This document shows, one piece after another, positions 30,311 through 42,508 of a stretch of 64,000 nt of DNA. The notes beneath the pieces were generated by a model. It saw nothing but the letters and a program-made list of their open reading frames with translations. It was not told the DNA's origin and ran no database searches. A program made the position numbers and the translations under genes. Positions within the stretch are counted from its first letter, which is position 1; each line of letters begins with the position of its first letter. Origin of the DNA: Octopus sinensis (taxonomy: Eukaryota); NCBI RefSeq assembly GCF_006345805.1, contig NC_042999.1, positions 75,330,001 to 75,394,000 of the forward strand, read 5' to 3'.

Positions 30311-31715
30311 TCACATAATTTAAATCGATAGCGTTTCAAACATTTTAGACAAGCGAATCTTTCAGAGAATTATAAAAACATGTAATAATCAAACTACCCG
30401 TAATACACCACTATTTCTACCGCTATTTCTGCATCTGAGAATATAATAAATTTCATTTCTTATTTCAAAACCAACTTTCTAACTTTACGAATATATATAA
30501 TACAGTTTTTATTTCCAGATCTCTTTCCGAGTTTAAGAATACATAAACAAAATCAAATATTACACATATAAGATAAAACTACACGGAGGACACTTTATGG
30601 CAACAAAGTTAATTTACTTAAGAATGTGATGTCCGCGAATAACGTAAATTCATTCGCTAGGAAAGAAAGTTTTATCATATTTTGTCACAAATTGTGAATC
30701 TAGTCAAAGTAACACCAAACATTATATAAAGATTATATAAAGATTATATAATTATATTATAACCAAACATTATATAAAGATTATATTTAATGATGCGTTG
30801 TTGCACGTCGTTCATTAATAATGCATGTCGACAGACATGTATTAAACCTGTACAATAGTGATTAAACAGAAATATTTAATGACATAAACAAATATATATA
30901 TTTGCACAATACATACGCAAGAATACAGATTAGTTTCGCGTCGAAGACAATTGATGACACAGTCTTGGCTTTTGTGGTGGTGGCGGTGGTGTGTGTGTGC
31001 GTGTGTGTATGCGTGTGCATACACACATGCAGGCATGCATACATACATACATACATACAGACATACATCCATACATGTATGTATACAGCGGATACAACCA
31101 AGTCCAGCGAACATTTATGGCGAATTAATTATTGCGGATTATGGCGAATTATTGCGGAGCTTAAAGCTCTTGTACTTTGACCATGAATTCTTATTTGTAC
31201 CTATCATCATAAGTGCATTAGGTTATGTATCAACTGATTTACACAAAACCTAGAAACGTTAGGTTTCACAGAAAAAGAGCAAAAATAAACTGACGCAATT
31301 CTCCAAATTCAATTTATTAGTGGCACGGTGAAGATTTGTAGGACATTTGAAAAATTCTCGATCTGAGATTCTTATGTGAATAAATGCACACACTTGGATG
31401 TATGCATCGATGGTTTAACCAACGCACCAACTCAGCCATGTATTTACAAACACCGGAAGCGCTCTTAACTCACAAAAGTCATGTCACTTTGTTAGCAGCC
31501 GGCTTGAACTCTCAAGAATTTAAATTAAACTCAAGGAAAAATTATACATACATACATGCATACATACATACATGCATACATACATGCATATATACATACA
31601 TGCATATGTACATACATCATACATACATACATACATACATACATACATACATACATACATGCATACATGCACGTATACATACATACATACATACATACAT
31701 ACATACATACATACA

Positions 31716-31751
<36 letters not shown>

Positions 31752-31756
31752 TGATC

Positions 31757-32330
31757 CTCCAGGATCACTGTGAGTCCAACAACATAGTGACTGATGTGCA
31801 AGCAGGTGGAAAAAGGGAATGTGGGGATGTGCTGAATAACTTTTGATAAACAAAGCCATATCGTCTGAAGTAATAAACGCTGTAGAAGTCTTACAACTGT
31901 ATGGATTGATTATAGGAAAGCAATGGACTCTATTCGTCACTGTTGCTGCTGAAGTGTCTACACTTGGCAAAAATACCAGTTAACTTAGTTGCTGCTATTG
32001 TGAAGCTCGTAAAGACCTAGGCAACAATTCTCACAATTACAAATGAGTGCGAAACGGTCGTCTCCAATCTTATATTTCAAGGAAATATTATAAGGAGACA
32101 ATCTTTCTACAAATCTGGTCATTTTGGGATTAAATTCATTATCATTCCTGCAGTAAAAATCAAATTACTATTTGTTGGAGTTTGCTACTGCTATAGATAT
32201 TAATGTAAACCATAATTTCTTTGTGGATAACCTGAAGATTTATGAGAAAAAGAAAAAAATAATGGCGGGGAGAGCAGACTCTTGTGAAGTATTTTCTCCC
32301 TGCTCTCAATGTACGCAAACGAGGATTGCA
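31757..32330 (+). mobile_element. R4/Dong-like RT-domain fragment, highly degenerate
   Basis: QAGGKREC, WIDYRKAMDS (WxDYxKAFDS), GDNLS (QGDSLS-like) and HNFFVDNLKIY (HLLFMDDLKLY-like), with deletions. Confidence 0.65.
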
Positions 32331-32559
32331 ATTGTTTGTTTTTGCTTTCAAAATTAACGTTTTCATTACTTCTGCTTGTTAAAGTATGAATGCCTGTATT
32401 TACAAACGGCTTCGACTATACAATTGTTATTTTTTTCAGATTGTCTCTTTCTTTATATCGAAAATTCTCGGAGAGAAATGACAACGAATTAGAACTACAG
32501 TAACAGCAAACTAGAACAATAGTAGCAGCAACAAAACAACAACAACAACAAAAACAACT

Positions 32560-34090
32560 ACATCATCATCATCATCATTCGGGAGGATGTTCAGAGGGAA
32601 AGAATTAGAGAAAAGTGAAGTCTATCCTGTTTATAGATAGAATTCATTTTATAAAACTTTACTGTAAAGGCAAGAATCAAGTTGATCCTTTGAAGTGTGA
32701 ACCAACAGAATGTTTAGTTGTGACATTGGGATGATAATCAAAATCGTGAAATGTCTTATGACAGAAGCGAAAAGGAGAAAAATTATATAAGTGCTGGAAT
32801 GGATTTATCTGATAGAGAGGATATAAGATCCTTAATTTTAAAAGGGTATAATTATTTTGGAATATTGGAAATAGTCAAATAAAACTTAGAGAACGAAGGC
32901 AGTCCATAGTAAAAAAAAAATTCTTGGAGAGTGAAGAGTTTAAAATGCAAATCGAAAATAAGAAATACTATACAAGCCATTAACTTGCGGGAAACATAAA
33001 TAAGGCGTGGAGTATGAGTCATTCGGAAACTACGAATTGAAAGATACCGACTGGAAGATAAGGAAGCAGTTCACAATGTACAGAACTATACACTACTATT
33101 AGATTTAGACCCTTTATACTATAAAAGAACAGACAGAAGAAGGTTAAAACGTGTTGAAGAGATAAAACCAGAGGATTCTATCAAGAACAAAAAGAGGTTT
33201 ATAGGAAAGTACTACATGAAAGACTAGTTACAGATTTAGTGCAACCTCAAAAGAAAAAAAAATCCAATAAAGAAAAGCAGGAAAATATGGGAAATAAAAT
33301 GTTAGATTTAGTAAAAAAAAAAAAATCCCATACAGTGCTTTTCACGAAGTCAAAAGGGATGACGAAGGTTCCCGGCTTGTGCTAAAGTAAAGTGTATTAA
33401 AGAATAACATCAAGGGAATAATTTTAGCGCTACATGAATAGATACTAACGACAAAATGAGCAAGAGGATAATATATAAGCATTTACTGCTTATCCAGATA
33501 TAGAATTTGCGTCGATACAGATGAGTCCATAGCTCATATTGTATCGGAATGTCCACCGTTAGCTCGAAATGTATACTAAAAAACATATAGGTGTGACAAA
33601 ATTGCTGTAATAATTCACTGCAAGTAATTACTTTAGCATGCCCAGAAAAGAGCTATGATTAATTTGTGGGGACAAAAATAAAGTCAAGTAGATCGATGAA
33701 GTGAGGTTGTGATAGAAATTTTGTTCTATACAACCTGAGCACATCACACTGAAAATAATTGTCATTGATTATAAGAAAACATATTTTAATTGATACGCCA
33801 TGTTCATTTGATACCAGAATCAAGAAAAAGGAAAATATCACACTGACTTGAAGTATAAAAACCTCAAAAGATGGAACAAAGAAGTTACCAAGATCACAAA
33901 CCGGCTAATTAGAGGCCCTGGGAACAGTAACAAAAAATTTGTAAGTAAACCTTGGAAAGCTAGACTTAATCTGAGAGTGAGCGCAGTAGCGAAAAGTTGT
34001 ATAGATGGTTCAATAATACTTATCCCGTAAGTTTGTGTGCAAAGTTACGACAGATAAGGACAGCATATTTTAGAAAGAAGGTAAAAAATT
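32560..34090 (+). mobile_element. R4/Dong-like retrotransposon 3' region, highly degenerate
   Basis: A-rich decayed frame with ESIAHIVSECPPLA..Y (~33520-33580) and later endonuclease-like IDTPC..D.RI...E segment. Confidence 0.5.
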
Positions 34091-34302
34091 ATTATACAAC
34101 AGTTATGTTCTGATAGCAAACACAATTAAACCACCAATACTGTGTAACAGTAGAATATTTAGGTACAGGACCAGCAAATTCAAAGTTAGATGGTTAGTCA
34201 ATATCATTGACCCACAGCACATGATTGAGACTTTATTTTATCGATCCCGGGAAGATGAATGGTCAAGCTGACTTTGGCGGGATTTGAACTCAGATTGTAT
34301 AT

Positions 34303-34540
34303 ATATGCGACTGTGAGGTCAGAAGTTTGCTTCCCAACTACATAGTTCGGGACACAACCCGACTGCGTGACACTTTGGGAAAGTGTCTTCTTCTATAGCA
34401 TCGGGTTGACCAAAGCTTTGTAAATGGATTTGGTAGACGGAAACTAAAAGGCTTAAAACAGTACTGGGGTTGATTCGTTCGGCTTAAATTTTTAAGGAGG
34501 TGCCACAGTCTAATGACTGAAACAAATAAAAGATAAAAGA
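34303..34540 (+). mobile_element. SINE family A, diverged and internally deleted
   Basis: ctttgggaaagtgtcttc..gatttggtagacggaaact..aatgactgaaacaa. Confidence 0.75.
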
Positions 34541-34547
34541 TGTGCAT

Positions 34548-34589
<42 letters not shown>

Positions 34590-35222
34590 TGTCATGTATA
34601 CGCGTGTAATGTTTACTTGATACACGTGATATGGCATATATATGTGTATGAGTATGTGTATGAGTATGTGTATGTGTGTGTGCATGTGTATATGTGTGCG
34701 TGTATGTGTGTGTGTATCTATTTGCATGTGTATATGTATGTATGTATGTATGCATGTATGCATGTATGTACGTATTTCCATAGACACGTTCACACACAAA
34801 GGCAGATGACCAAAAGTGGGGGATGTAAGAGAGACTGGCAGACAGATAAGATAAATAAACATAAACATTCAAACAGCGAACATTTCATACGCACACACAT
34901 ACATAAATATAAAGATACATACATACATACATAATACATACATACATACATACATAATACATACATACATACATACATACATACATACATACATACATAC
35001 ATACGTACATACATACATACATACATAGACAAAGTGAGATGAATTAGTCGTGGGAACCATACAAGGTAAACGATAAGCTTCAAGATTTTTTCTGCTCTAG
35101 GCTGTTTCCAAGACAGAAATGTTCATCTCCAACATGCCGTACGCTCTATTTTTGTAAACCTTTTTCAACTACCTTTTTACATGGTTAGGTTGTCGAAGCA
35201 CAATAGCACGTGCTAATTACCC

Positions 35223-35258
<36 letters not shown>

Positions 35259-35263
35259 TATTA

Positions 35264-35295
<32 letters not shown>

Positions 35296-35314
35296 CATTA
35301 TTATCATCATCATC

Positions 35315-35381
<67 letters not shown>

Positions 35382-35533
35382 TTTTATTTTTTATTCACCT
35401 TTTTCACCGCTTCGTCCATTAACTGTAATTGTTGATTTTGTGGTGTAGTAGGGTAGGAATGATTCAGTTTTATAGAAAGACAGGTAGTGTTGAAGAACAA
35501 AGGTGCAAGCTCTCTGCCTGTGTTTACATTTAC

Positions 35534-35645
<112 letters not shown>

Positions 35646-35656
35646 GTCTGTCTGTT

Positions 35657-35687
<31 letters not shown>

Positions 35688-36094
35688 TTGTCTGTCTGTA
35701 TGTACATATATGAGTGTGTATAGTCAATAGATGATATCCAGAGATTCTCGTATAGAAAACACTTAGTAGCGCTCAAATGATTTGAACCTAGACTGCGATG
35801 TCTTTACGAGGGACTAATTCGGCAGGATAAAGAGTGGCTATAAGAGGAATCAAGACGAGCAGATAACAATTATGAGGATAAACAAATTAAGTGTAACAGC
35901 TTGGTTCTGATACACAATATATATATGTGTGTGTACTTGTGTTGTGTTGTGTGTGTGTGTTGTGTTGTGTGTGTGTGTGTATGTATGTGTGTGTGTGTAT
36001 GCGTATGCAAACAAAGCAAAGAGTGAAGACTTTCAGACGATGAACATTTAAGTATAAATATATAGATATTTATATATTAATAGATCAAACTTAC

Positions 36095-36109
36095 AATCAG
36101 CACAAACGA
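36095..36109 (-). CDS. Candidate 15-nt microexon
   Basis: Acceptor cttttacctcttcccctctaattctctcag (with ctaat branch-like motif), exon tcgtttgtgctgatt, donor GTAAGT. Joined to the 39085 exon it reads S-R-L-C-stop; in other phases SFVLI or VCAD. Confidence 0.4.
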
Positions 36110-36229
36110 CTGAGAGAATTAGAGGGGAAGAGGTAAAAGTGTCATAAGTCCAACAATTGATTCATCATGATGTTTGTAGATGTAGTTCACCATAATATGG
36201 CAAATAAATATTGGATGTATATATAATGT

Positions 36230-37165
36230 ATGGAGCCCACCATCCGAAAGCTGATATCAACCGACTGTACTTGAGGAGGAACCAGGTTGGAAAATGCTTA
36301 ATAGCAGTAGAAGAATGTGTACAGATGGAAAGAAAAAGAAAGTAGTAGACTATTTACAGAGCAGCACAGAAAAACTATTAAAGGCAGTAAAGAAAGAACA
36401 AGTGATCAAGTGCGTAATAGAAGAGGACAAGAATGAAATTCAAAGAGAACACGTCATACACATCGAAGAGAAACCCCTGCATGGCCAGTTTTGGAGAGTC
36501 ACTGAAAACGTATGTGGAACAAAATCCTTGGCTTGGTTAAAAAAGGGGCAATTAAAAAAGAAACCGAAAGCCCAAGATCAAGCGATAAAAAATAACTTAA
36601 GGAAAAATATTTATGGAGAGAATGTGTCAGAAAAATGTAGAACTTGTGGAAATTGGAATGAGACAGTGGCACACATTGTGACAGAATGCTCCATGTTGGC
36701 ACAGAAAGAATTTAAGAAACCGTGGTAAGATCAGGCTGTAACAGTTTTACACTGGAAACTGTGCCAGAAATGGGAATTTGAAGCTGGAAACACATGGTGC
36801 AATCACCAAGTCTAAAGAGTACTGGAGTCGGAGAAATGTAAGATTTTGTGGGATTTTCCCTATTCAAAAGGACAAGAACTTAGAAAATAACAGACCGGAC
36901 ATAACGATTATAGATTAGGTAAAACGAAGATTGGTGTGTTGGGAAGAGTAAGCAAAGATATAGACAAATGGCTGAAGGAGATTGGAATAGAATGCCGAAC
37001 AGATCTCCTACAGAAAGTTTGTCTCTTAGGGACAGCAAAGATTATCAGAAAGGTTTCAAGCACTTGAAAGACTGCTGAAAAGTTGTGGATATCTAAAGTT
37101 ACAGGCCGTAAACCACTACCCACATAAATCCTACCAGGAATAAGACCAAACCTGAGCCAAACCAA
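36230..37165 (+). mobile_element. R4/Dong-like retrotransposon 3' fragment and 3' UTR
   Basis: HPKADINRLYL, EKPLHGQF, CRTCGNWNETVAHIVTECSMLAQKEF, NRPDITI, LQKVCLLGTAKIIRKV; ends at short aataaataataa. Confidence 0.85.
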
Positions 37166-37638
37166 AATAAATAATAACAAATATTCTGCTCAATACCACA
37201 GATTTGCATGTCAGTTGTTTGACCTTAATCAGTTGAGCATGTCCCTTGGTGGCTGATGATATGGGCATCTCTGATCCCGAGCAGAAGTAGTGGGGAGAAC
37301 ATCATAGCCATGTTCGAGGGGGGAATTCTTTGGGGTTTGCATAATTCACCTCTGAAAACGTGGGTGGGTAATAATAAAACAATCCTTAAACAACTCTTAT
37401 TCAGGGATCTTGTGAGCAGGATGATCTACTGGACCTGAATAAAATTCTAACTGGGGCCAACCTGCGATGTAATGCGCTGTTTATCTTGATATGAGATCAT
37501 CTTGTCGCGCACATATGGTTGTGATGCATGTACCTGGTGTATACTTATCAGACTGGAAATCATGATGGGTATACTGGGCTTCGTATATTTGTGCTCCGGT
37601 GTCACTTTGACGGCATGCACTGCCTTCTCACTCTATGA

Positions 37639-37640
<2 letters not shown>
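37166..37640 (+). mobile_element. Second, left-truncated copy of the 550-bp element
   Basis: Aligns by eye to 7278-7750; followed by (TAC)n(TAA)n. Confidence 0.7.
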
Positions 37641-37712
<72 letters not shown>

Positions 37713-37736
37713 ATAATAATAATAATAATGATGATG

Positions 37737-37783
<47 letters not shown>

Positions 37784-38426
37784 TTATCTTATGTGCTACA
37801 GGGAACATCAGATGATGAGGACATTACAGGGAGAGGTCAAAATTTGTGTGAGGTTTACATAAAAATGAGAAGAAAGGGAGAGGCAAGTGAAACGAGATAA
37901 AAGTATACATAGCATAGGATATATATGAGTACATCTATGATGCAGTCCTCCTGATACAGGAGAATCTCTGTCGAGGGCCAGATCATCCTAAACACCAGGG
38001 GCACAAGTCCTCGCCCAACAATTGTACTTCAATTTACAGTCGGTTGATTAGAGTAGGTACATTCATCCTAATAACTTTTGCACAAGGTTAGTAACTCTGA
38101 GGGGAGGTACAAGTCAATTAAATCGACCCAGTACTTTTATTTTATCGAGCCCGAAAAGATAAAAGGCAAATTTACTCTTGAGGGGATAATAGCGATATGC
38201 GAAGTGTCTGTGTGTAGCAGATGGATGGACAAAGTGTGAGATGTGGTGAGATTACGAAGACGTGCGGTCAAACCACATAAACAGTTGATTTTAAGAAGCT
38301 CTTCTCTGACTCAATCTAATCTGGTGCTCCTCTTTAGGCTACTTAAGCGTTTTCGGGCTTGAGACGTTTAACAGTTAGGGAAAGTGAGAAGGAGAGGAGG
38401 AAGAGGTGGAGGGGGAAGAAGACAAA

Positions 38427-38459
<33 letters not shown>

Positions 38460-38740
38460 GAGGAGGAGGAGGAAAATAGGTGAGCGAGATGGAAGCGATA
38501 TTGATGATGGTGTTGTTTGGTGTTAAGTAGGAGGAGGAGATGGGAGGAAAAGAAGGAGGCGAGAAGCCGAAGAAATTAGGAGACAAAAGGTAAGTAGACA
38601 TGCAATTGTATTGGCGACAATGCCTAGTTGTTCTCATCTAATGTTCAGAAATTGACACTCACACATCACACATGCACAGATAGACAGACAGGCGGGGACA
38701 CATACGTAAGCAAACACGCAAATACTCAACACACACACAC

Positions 38741-38802
<62 letters not shown>

Positions 38803-39084
38803 GACTTTTGCCACTATATGACAGCTAGCTACCTCCCTCTTGCTTCTCGTCCACGCGGGCCTAATTTCACTTGCCCCTACCGACAATTGAGATCTTCTAA
38901 CACCACCCTCATACCTTCTACCGCCACCGTCTCCACCCACCTAATGCTTTTGACGGGGACCACCTGCTAGCGATGCCCGACACTTCTTATTCGCTCTCTC
39001 TCTCTCTCTCTTTCCCTGTCTGTCTCTTTCACCTCTTTACACCTTTCTTCATTTCTTTCTCATTCTTTTCACTTAGCTACGTAC

Positions 39085-39122
39085 CTACGCCTTAATCCGG
39101 TGACGTCACAATGGCTATCAAT
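39085..39122 (-). CDS. Candidate exon (38 nt) of minus-strand host gene
   Basis: Acceptor ctctttctcgcag, donor TAG|GTACGT. Frame IDSHCDVTGLRR (phase 0 to 2), in phase with the preceding exon. Confidence 0.5.
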
Positions 39123-39328
39123 CTGCGAGAAAGAGTACCGTGTATGTGTCTACATAAATATGCATGCAGATGAATTCGCACATACACGCGCGCGCACACA
39201 CACACACACATATATATATGTATATATGTGTATGCGCGAGAGAAATTTTTACAAAATGTATAGATGTGTATGTGTGTGTGTGTGTATGTGTATATGTATA
39301 TATATATATGTACATGTATATATGTATG

Positions 39329-39362
<34 letters not shown>

Positions 39363-39428
39363 CACACATGCATATATACAAGTATACACACATTTCCCTC
39401 ACTCACTGTCTGTCTGTCTCTCTCTCCA

Positions 39429-39481
<53 letters not shown>

Positions 39482-39488
39482 GTGTGTG

Positions 39489-39520
<32 letters not shown>

Positions 39521-40287
39521 TGTATGTATATGTATATATGTGTATGACAAACGTATGCATTTAGATAGCCGCATACACGCACACAAATGCGCGCACGCAC
39601 GCACATTCGGTTTGCTATCGTTTAGCAATTATCGCTTAATAGGGGCTGTCATCGCTGATACTGTCATCCTAGCGTAAAAGGCTCCTCCCCTTCATGCCAT
39701 CGACCGTTCACCAACATCCACCTATCCACGACCACGATCATCACTGCCAAGTACTCCCCCACCGACACTACCACCGTCAATAACAACAACGAGCCACTGC
39801 CAGCCTCCATTTAACTGCATTCAACTCCTCGTCGCCATTGAATACAATACGCCGCCACCACCACCACCACCACAACCCCTACTACTATCACCTATATGTG
39901 CAAGAAGTCAGCCGTTCGCAAATAAAGGCTATATCAGCATCGGTAGAAGTAGCAGCAGCAACAGCTCTGTATGAACTGAAGCCAAAATGTATAAGATGGA
40001 GACTTGGAGAAGGTAGCGATGAGAATAATGAGTTGTTTAAACCTTGGTCAGTTTGATTAAGCAAACCTATGCTAAAACGACGAATACGTTGTTCAATGTG
40101 TCTTTCCTCTTTTTAAGACTGTAGGTTGTGATTTCTGGTGATATTTGTTATTTCTAGCAGACATTAGCGACTAGGCAGAGATTCCCTCGTTAGATTAGCT
40201 GAAACAGTAGGTGTATGAGAACGTGTGTGAGGGAGTTTTCTTTGTTACTTAACTGCTTAACTGCTGACAAATAATGATAGTTGATAC

Positions 40288-40334
40288 CAGCCGTTCTAAG
40301 GCCTTCCGCTGTAGCGGCGGCGCTGTCAATAACC
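40288..40334 (-). CDS. Candidate exon (47 nt) of minus-strand host gene
   Basis: Branch-like ctgac plus cctccttttcag acceptor after a 96-nt intron. Continues the frame as G-LLTAPPLQRKALERL. Donor CTG|GTATCA is weak; unspliced, the frame stops after VSTIIICQQLSS. Confidence 0.5.
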
Positions 40335-40430
40335 CTGAAAAGGAGGGTCAGAGCTGGATGGCACGTTTCCGAAGTGGATGAGGGATGTGAATTTTAGGGT
40401 GGGTGTTGTGGTGGATCGGTTGGTTCTTAC

Positions 40431-40500
40431 CTGACAGCGTCGAGCCGTGGCGAGTTGATAAGTTCGGGTCGAGTTGGATCATGTTGATAGCGTCAGGTCG
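40431..40500 (-). CDS. Candidate exon (70 nt) of minus-strand host gene
   Basis: Acceptor ccctatag after a pyrimidine run, consensus donor CAG|GTAAGA. Single open frame RPDAINMIQLDPNLSTRHGSTLS (phase 0 to 1), in phase with the next exon. Confidence 0.55.
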
Positions 40501-42089
40501 CTATAGGGTCGCATCGGATCATATTGGAACAAAAAGGCAGTTGAAAGAAAGAAAGGAGATACGGTGCAGGAGGTTGGATAGGACAGTAAAGAAAAGAAAC
40601 AAAATAAGAAGGCAATGGATATATGAATAAATAAATAGCGAATAAATGATTAAATAATTAATTCGATAAAGTGAACAGTTTGGGTTTAATAAGAATGAAT
40701 TTCATTTGTCTTTATTTCATTTTATTTTTCATTGGTTTCGCAATAACTGCTCATAAATGATCTCCTTATCCCCGAAAATGGACAACATCTTAAAGACAAT
40801 CCTATTTCACAAAACAGATGTCTTTTGTCGTCTCTCTTACATTGTGATATTTGGTTTATTGTAAATGCATTTGGTGAGAGATCTGGTTGGAAATGAGTTA
40901 ACTTTGTTTAGTTTTTCTCACTGCACATGGAATATCGGGCGACAGGTATCAGTTATTATGTGTGTATGCGTGAATTTTCCTGGATATGACTTTAAGCTGT
41001 ATCCAGTGCTGGTACTCTGGCTCGGGAGTTTCAGAGTTTTGAGTCACTGTTGTTTCCAGGACTGCAGTGACCCGAAGTAGTGGCACCTGTTAGGGTCCCA
41101 GCTATGGGTTAATTAGTTGGAGGGAAGGACTCTTAGATTTCGTAAGAACTTCCTCCTAGGAGAACTTGAGCTCATAAAAAGGAAAAAAAGAACTTGAACT
41201 GCAGTTGATTTTGGTTGTCTCAACCTCTTTTATGTCACACGTGTTATAGCTGATCCCGCTGAAAAGTGGATTCAGTTCTCTGCATCATTCTATCCTCTCA
41301 AAATAGATTCACACACAGGAATTTCTTAGACTCTCGTCAGTTTGCACTATCCATTGAATTTAAAAAGTGGTTTTAATCGGCCACGAGTTGACTTCCACCA
41401 TGTATGTTAGTATGTGTGCATGCAGACAAGCAGAGATTAACCATTAAACGATAAAAGCTTGTGTTTAGGACAAAGGAACAAGGTGCATCACAGAGTTTTT
41501 CTTAAGGCTGGAATAATCGTTATGCAAATGAGAAATTATAATTTTTATGAAAAAGTGTTAAAAATTAACATTTTCCCCGCTGCCTTTGTTATTATTCTTA
41601 TAATAAACACCTCTTATAATAAATATTATTCTTATAATAAATGCGAACTTATATATTTCGTGTCATGCATAGAGTTGTAGTACTATGGGGGTATGTGCTG
41701 TAACAGCGCATCACTGCATCCACCATTTGTTAGTGATTCCCTATCACTCCTGGCGGAAGACGCTTCTGTACCACTCAGGCGACAACCCTCCAGCCCATGT
41801 GTCTGTTTGAATTATCGTTGCTGGTGAGGGTTTTAAGAAGTCGGAGAGCAAATCCTACCTCAATCTCATGTATTCGCCTTTTACGGCACGCTGAGGAAAC
41901 GTTGGCTCTATTCCTTGACATGCCAGTCTGCACACAGCATTATTGCGACCTGAAATTGAAACTTGTTTTGCTCGAATCGAACCCACTACCTGATGATCGT
42001 GAGTGCAACACCCTGACCACTAGGCTACGTGCCTTCACAAAAAGTGATAAATGCTAATAAATCTCTCTCACGATTGTTATATTCGTATT

Positions 42090-42508
42090 TGGGATCTTTT
42101 CGGTTTGAACGGCAGTTTTTAACATAATTTCTAGGTAACTAAAAAATTTTAAACTTCGTATACTGGTAGAATGTGTTTATAAAACATCTTTTTCTTTTGG
42201 CTTTATTAAGAAAATTCTACAGTTTGTAAGATATTTGTTGTTGTTTTTCTTCAATTTCTGCAATTTCAACCAATCAATGATGTCCATTGAGGTAAAATAA
42301 AAACATTCTGTGCCGTATGAATATGTCCCTCGTTTAAGAAACAGATTGGGTTTATTTACATTTGTGAAGAAAAAAAGATACCTTTCCCCCCACCCCTAAC
42401 CCTAAAACAGATTGAAGTGCAATAGATCGATACTAGGGTCATAATTATGGGTGACAATTTCATATGACACCGCTAGAAAAAACTGCCGTTCAAACCGAAA
42501 CGATCCCA
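42090..42508. mobile_element. Non-autonomous TIR element (419 bp, ~33-bp TIR, apparent TATT TSD)
   Basis: tgggatcttttcggtttgaacggcagttttt ... aaaaactgccgttcaaaccgaaacgatccca; tatt at 42086-42089 and 42509-42512. Confidence 0.8.

Noticed and set aside
30715-30790. Small tandem duplications (also 15800-15840, 23585-23610, 54965-55010, 7040-7125)
   Set aside because: Ordinary slippage duplications.
32160-32234. Strong minus-strand acceptor and VIHKEIM.. frame
   Set aside because: Antisense of the A-rich Dong RT fragment (HNFFVDNLKIY), which explains the pyrimidine tract.
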